Of a stretch of DNA of 64,000 nucleotides, positions 58,998 through 64,000 are shown piece by piece. Source of the stretch: Mustelus asterias (taxonomy: Eukaryota); contig NW_027590172.1 in NCBI RefSeq assembly GCF_964213995.1, positions 868,001 through 932,000 on the forward strand, read 5' to 3'. Position 1 is the stretch's first letter, and every line of letters starts with the position of its first letter. The notes under the pieces were generated by a model that did not search any database, was not told the DNA's origin, and saw only the letters and a list, made by a program, of their open reading frames with translations. A program made the translations under genes and the position numbers.

Positions 58998-61900
58998 ATG
59001 CACGCTGACATAGGTAGGAAGACGGAAGGGGTAATGAAAAGAGAATATAGGGAGTTAGGTAGACAGTTGGGAAGGAGGAACGCAAACGTTGTCATCTCAG
59101 GATTGCTGCCTGTGCCGCGGGAGAGTGAGAGCAGGAATGGGGTGAGGTGGAGGATGAATGTGTGGCTGAGGGACTGGAGCGGGGGGCAGGGATTCAGTTT
59201 CCTGGGTCATTGGGACCTCTTTAGGGGAAGGTGTGACCTGTACAAAAACGACGGGTGGCACTTGAATCCTAGGGAGACAAATATCCTGGCAGGAAGGTTG
59301 GCTAAGGCTACTGGGGAGACTTTAAACTAGAAAGGTTGAGGGGAGGGAATCGTGATGAGGTGACTGAGAGCGAGGAGGCTAGCCCGCAAATAGAGAAGGA
59401 TTGTACACAGTATAAGAGGGAGAATAGACGGGTGATGGAGAAGGGGAGAGCTCAAACCAAAGGTTTGAGATATGTCTATTTTAATGCCAGGTGTGTAGTG
59501 AATAAAGTGGATGAGCTTAGAGTGTGGATCGATGCTTGGAAGTGTGATGTGGTGGCCATTACGGAGACTTGGGGACAGGGACAGGACTGGATACTTCAGG
59601 TGCCGGGTTTCAGATGTTTCAGAAAGGACAGACAGGGAGGCAAAAGAGGGGGGTGGGGAGTGGCACTGCTGATCAGGGATAGTGTCAGAGCTGCAGAGAA
59701 TGTGGAAGCCGTGGAGGGATTGTCTACGGAGTCTCTGTGGGTGGAAGTTCGGAGCGGGAAGGGGTCGATAACTTTGCTGGGTGTTTTGTACAGGCCGCCC
59801 AATAGTAACAGAGATGTTGAGGAGCAGATAGAGAACAGATCCTGGAGAGATGTAGGAATAACAGGGTTGTCGTGGTGGGAGACTTTAATTTCCCAAACAT
59901 CGATTGGAATATCCATAGAGTAAGGGGTTTGGATGGGGAAGGGTTTGTTAGGTGTGTTCAGGAGGGTTGCCTGACACAGTATGTGGATAAGCCTACAAGA
60001 GGAGAGGCTGTACTCGACCTGGTACTGGCTATTGAGCCAGTACAAGATGTCGGATCTCTCAGTGGGGGAGCATCTTGGGGATAGTGATCATTACTCTATC
60101 TCCTTTACGCAAGCATTGGAAAGAGATAGGATCAGGCAAGCTAGGAAAGTGTTTATCTGGAGTAAGGGGAAATATGAAACCATCAGGCAGGAGATTAGAT
60201 GCGTAAATTGGAAGGAGGCATTCTCGAGGAAAAGTACTGAAGTAAGGTGGCAGATTTTCAAGGAATGTTTGCCTCGAGTTCTGCATGACAACGTTCCGAT
60301 GAGAGAGGGAGGTGTTGGTAGGTTACGGGAACCATGGTGCACGAAAGCTGCGCTGAACCTAGTGAGAAAGAAAAGGAAAGCGTACAAAAGCTTCAGAGCG
60401 CTAGGCGATGATAGGGATCTAGATGAGTAGACGGCTTGTCGGAACGAAAGGAATTAGGAGAGCCAGAAGGGGTCACGAGAAGGCCTTGGCAGGTAAGATT
60501 AAGGAGAACCCGAAGGCGTTCTATAAATATGTGAAGAGTAAAAGGATGAGATGTGATGGAATAGGAATTATAAAAGGTGAAGGTGAGATAGTCTGTACAG
60601 AACCGGAAGAAATAGCAGAGGTGCTTAATGAATATTTTACCTCGGTATTCACGGTGGAAAAAGACCTGGGTGGTTGTACTACAGGACTGAGGTGGGCTGA
60701 AAAGATTGAGTATGTGGACATTAAGAAAGAGGATGTGTTGGAAATTTTGAATAGCATCAAGATATATAAGTCGCCGGGACCGGATGGGATGTACCCCAGG
60801 TTACTGTGGGAGGTGAGGGAAGAGATTGCAGAGCCTCTGGTGATGATCTTTGCGTCTTCGATGGAGATGGGAGAGGTTCTGGAGGATTGGAGGATTGCGG
60901 ATGTGTTTCCTATATTCAAGGAAGGGAATAGGGATCGCCCAGGAAATTACCGACCGGTGAGTCTAACCTCAGTTGTTGGTAAGTTGATGGAGAAGATCCT
61001 GGGGGACAGGATTTATGAACATTTAGAGAAGTTTCGTATGCTCAAACGTAGTCAGCACGGCCTTGTCAAAGGCAAATCGTGCCTTACGAGACTGGTGGAG
61101 TTCTTTGAAAATGTGACTAAACACATTGACGAAGGAAAAGCGGTAGATGTGGTTTACATGGACTTCAGCAAGGCGTTCGATAAGGTACCCCATGCAAGAC
61201 TTCTCAAGAAAGTGAGAGGGCATGGGATGCAAGGGGCTGTTGCCTTGTGGATTCAGAACTGGCTTGCCTGCAGAAGGCAGAGAGTGGTTGTAGACGGGTA
61301 ATTTTCTGAATGGAGGTCGGTCACCAGTGGAGTGCCCCAGGGATCTGTTCTGGGACCCTTGCTGTCTGTCATTTTCATAAATGACCTGGATGAGGAAGTG
61401 GAGGGATGGGTTGGTAAGTTTGCCGACGACACGAAGGTTGGTGGTGTTGTGGATAGGTTGGACGCATGTCAGAAGCTGTAGTGTGACATTGATAGGATGC
61501 AAGACTGGGGAGAGAAGTGGACTTCAAACAGGATAAATGTGTAGTTGTCCATTTTGGCATGTCGAATGGGATGACGGAGTATAATGTCAAGTGTACGGCT
61601 CTTAGCAGTGTAGAGGATCAGAAGGACCTTGGGGCCCAGGTCCATAGGACTCCTAAATTGGCCTCGCAGGTAGAGGGGGTGGTTAAGAAGGCGTATGGTG
61701 TGCTGGCCTTCATCAATCGAGGGATTGAGTTTAGAAGTCAGGAGATAATAATGCAGCTTTATAAGACACTCGTCAGACCCCACTTGGAGTAGTGTGCTCA
61801 GTTCTAGTCGCCACATTACAGGAGGGATGTGGAAATGATTGAAAAGGTGCAGAGAAGATTTACAAGGCTGTTGCCTGGATTGGTTGGCATGCCTTATGAG

Positions 61901-62332
61901 GATAGGCTGAGGGAGCTCGGTCTTTTCTCCTTGGAGAGATGAAGGCTGAGAGGTGACCTGAAAGAGGTGTACAAGATGTTGAGAGGTATAGATCGGGTGG
62001 ATTCTCGGAGGCTTTTGTCCAGGGCTGAAATGGCTGCTCCGAGAGGACACGTGTTTAAGGTGCTGGGGAGTAGGTACAGAGGAGATGTCAGGGGTAGGTA
62101 TTTCACTCAGAGGGTGGTGGGCGAGTGGAATCGGCTGCCATCAGTGGTGGTGGAGGCAAATTCGATAGGGTGTGTTAAGAGACTTCTGGATGAGTACATG
62201 GGACTTAACAGGATTGAGGGTTATAGATAAGCCTATATATAAGCCGAGGTAGGTAGCGGCATGACCGGCGCAACTTGTGGGCCGAAGGGCCTGTTTGTAC
62301 TGTATTTCTTTCTATGTTTCTATGTTCTATGT
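58998..62332 (+). mobile_element. Near-complete CR1 LINE (3' part of ORF1 esterase, then ORF2 endonuclease + RT), disrupted by frameshifts and stops
   Basis: ORF1 SGNH-like VVISGLLP...DGWHLN; APE endonuclease YFNAR..DVVAITETW..YRPPN..VGDFNFPNIDW..GDSDH; RT motifs; (TTCTATG)n tail at ~62309-62332. Confidence 0.93.
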
Positions 62333-64000
62333 AACCTGGTTCCCTCCCCCCTCCCTCCATCCATCCCCCCCCCCCCCCCCCCGCCCCCGCCCCTCACTAT
62401 TCTCTTACTTACAGCCTCAGAAAACGCAAGTAGGTTTGTTAAGAATGACATATCTTCCTTAAGCCGATGCTGGCTTCATCAAATTCCGTTAATGCGTTCC
62501 AAATATTTTGCTATCGTGTCTTTGATAACAGTCTCTAACATCTTCGCTTATGCTAAAGTCAGGCTGTAATTCAACATTTTTACTCTCCCTTCCTTTGTAC
62601 ATATTGGGATTTCATTTGTCACCCTCCAATCTATAGGAACTGATCCAGAGTGTATAGAATTTTAGAGGATGACACCAATGCACCCAATATTTTCAGGGCC
62701 ATTTTCATTCATACTCTGGGATGTAGATTCTCAGGCCTTAGTGATTTATCAGCATTTCACCCCATTAATTTCCCCAGCATGATTTTGCTACTAACGCTGG
62801 TGTTCTTCAATGCCAACTAGCTCTTGGTTCCCTAACATTTCTGGGAGTCAAACTTTGTGTTCTATTCATCCAACATTTGTTTGTTCCCCATTATAATTTC
62901 CCTGGATTCTGACTGTAAGCTACCTAATTTGTCTTACCTAATCTTTGTCTCTTCAGATATTCAGAGAAGCTTGTACAATTAGTTTCTCTGCTTCCTGCCA
63001 TTATACTTTCATTCTCTCTTTCCTCCCTCGCACATTGCGTCTTCTTTTGTTGAATTTTAAAACATTCCAAACCCTCAGGCTTGTTGCTTCTTCTGGCAAT
63101 TTTATATGTCTTACAAGTAAGAAGTAAAATTTCCTCTCCTAAAATACATCAGAGAAGAAGATGAACTTTGCCGAAATATGATTGTTATTAATTAGACAAC
63201 GATGTTTGATTCAGCTTAATCAATTAATTGAATTGAAATTCCCCAGTTGCTGGGGTGGAATTTGAACCCTTGCCCGCAGAGCATTACTTCAAGCTTCTGG
63301 AATACAAGCTTAATAATAATATTGCTATGCTACACCTTGGACTGAAATATCATCACATCCAATAATGGAACAACTGAACATTCAGCACTTTGTCACAGGT
63401 TGTATCATGAGCTCAGGTATCTGTTGTGGGAATTGAGCACATTACCATTTGACTCAAAAATGATGTTGATTCCACTGGGATAAGACTGTTAACCGATCAC
63501 AGTTTTGTGTTTTGACATAACATTGAGCTCAGTGTGTCTAAACTCTGAGATCTGTGTCCAATATTTCACTGATGCATTTAATTGTCAGAAGCAAGTCTTT
63601 TCTTAGCCTTGAATCTTAGTCTGACACGATGCCATTGATTACTGAGAATCCATGTGAAAGTTCCATCAATTCCTAAAATGACATCGGGAAACATGCGAGG
63701 CAGAAGGTCGTATGGAGCTTGACGTTCATCATGCGTGAGCCGCACTATCAGAACAGCTGCACGCTGCGTTTCTTTCCTTTAGAACTGAGCAGTTTATGGG
63801 AGATTTAGTACAGAAGTTCAAAGTTATGAATGAGCATGTTTTGCTCATTAGGAAGAAAACGCTATCCATTGGCAATAGGGCCAGTATGTAGAAGACCCTG
63901 CTTTATTGGTTATTAATTAACTGAATCAATCCTCTGATTACATTACACTGGTCCATGCTTCTATTTATGTTGTACCAGACCCAGTCTTTAATGATACGGC

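Larger units (their letters stand above)
57120..63110 (-). mobile_element. Older minus-strand CR1 remnant hosting nested insertions
   Basis: Antisense CR1 sequence at ~57120-57480, 57820-58500, 58795-58995 and 62335-63110; the RT motif region is split by the 58998-62332 element. Confidence 0.75.

Noticed and set aside
56795-64000. A third pseudo-VH or a next cluster expected after the last duplicated unit
   Set aside because: I could not find V, D, J, RSS or C sequence on either strand in this stretch.

Overview
This is eukaryotic DNA from a cartilaginous fish (shark-like), not a prokaryotic window. The minus strand carries one germline, unrearranged immunoglobulin heavy-chain cluster of IgM type. 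In order: leader (14635-14680), VH (14206-14510, 23-RSS), D1 (12/22-RSS), D2 (12/12-RSS), JH (23-RSS), a ~10.8 kb J-C intron with an assembly gap, Cmu1 (1824-2123) and Cmu2 (551-862). The remaining C exons lie off the left edge. Upstream (15-57 kb) is a two-step tandem segmental duplication that created two RSS-less VH pseudogenes (~24.3 and ~38.5 kb). It also triplicated two non-coding blocks that retain transcription-factor motifs: one with an octamer and forkhead sites, one with ETS, E-box, NFI and MEF2 sites. The rest is CR1, RTE and other LINE fragments, HE1-type and Deu-type SINEs, Penelope-like termini and minisatellites. The best candidates for undescribed biology are regulatory: (i) CTCF-like motifs in the VH promoter and a co-oriented array just 3' of JH, bracketing the V-D-D-J unit; (ii) triplicated conserved enhancer-like blocks, including a distal octamer for an octamer-less VH promoter; (iii) a switch-region-like 20-bp repeat ~1 kb before Cmu1 that is G-rich on the non-template strand and carries AID hotspots. 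All functional interpretations are inferences from by-eye reading.
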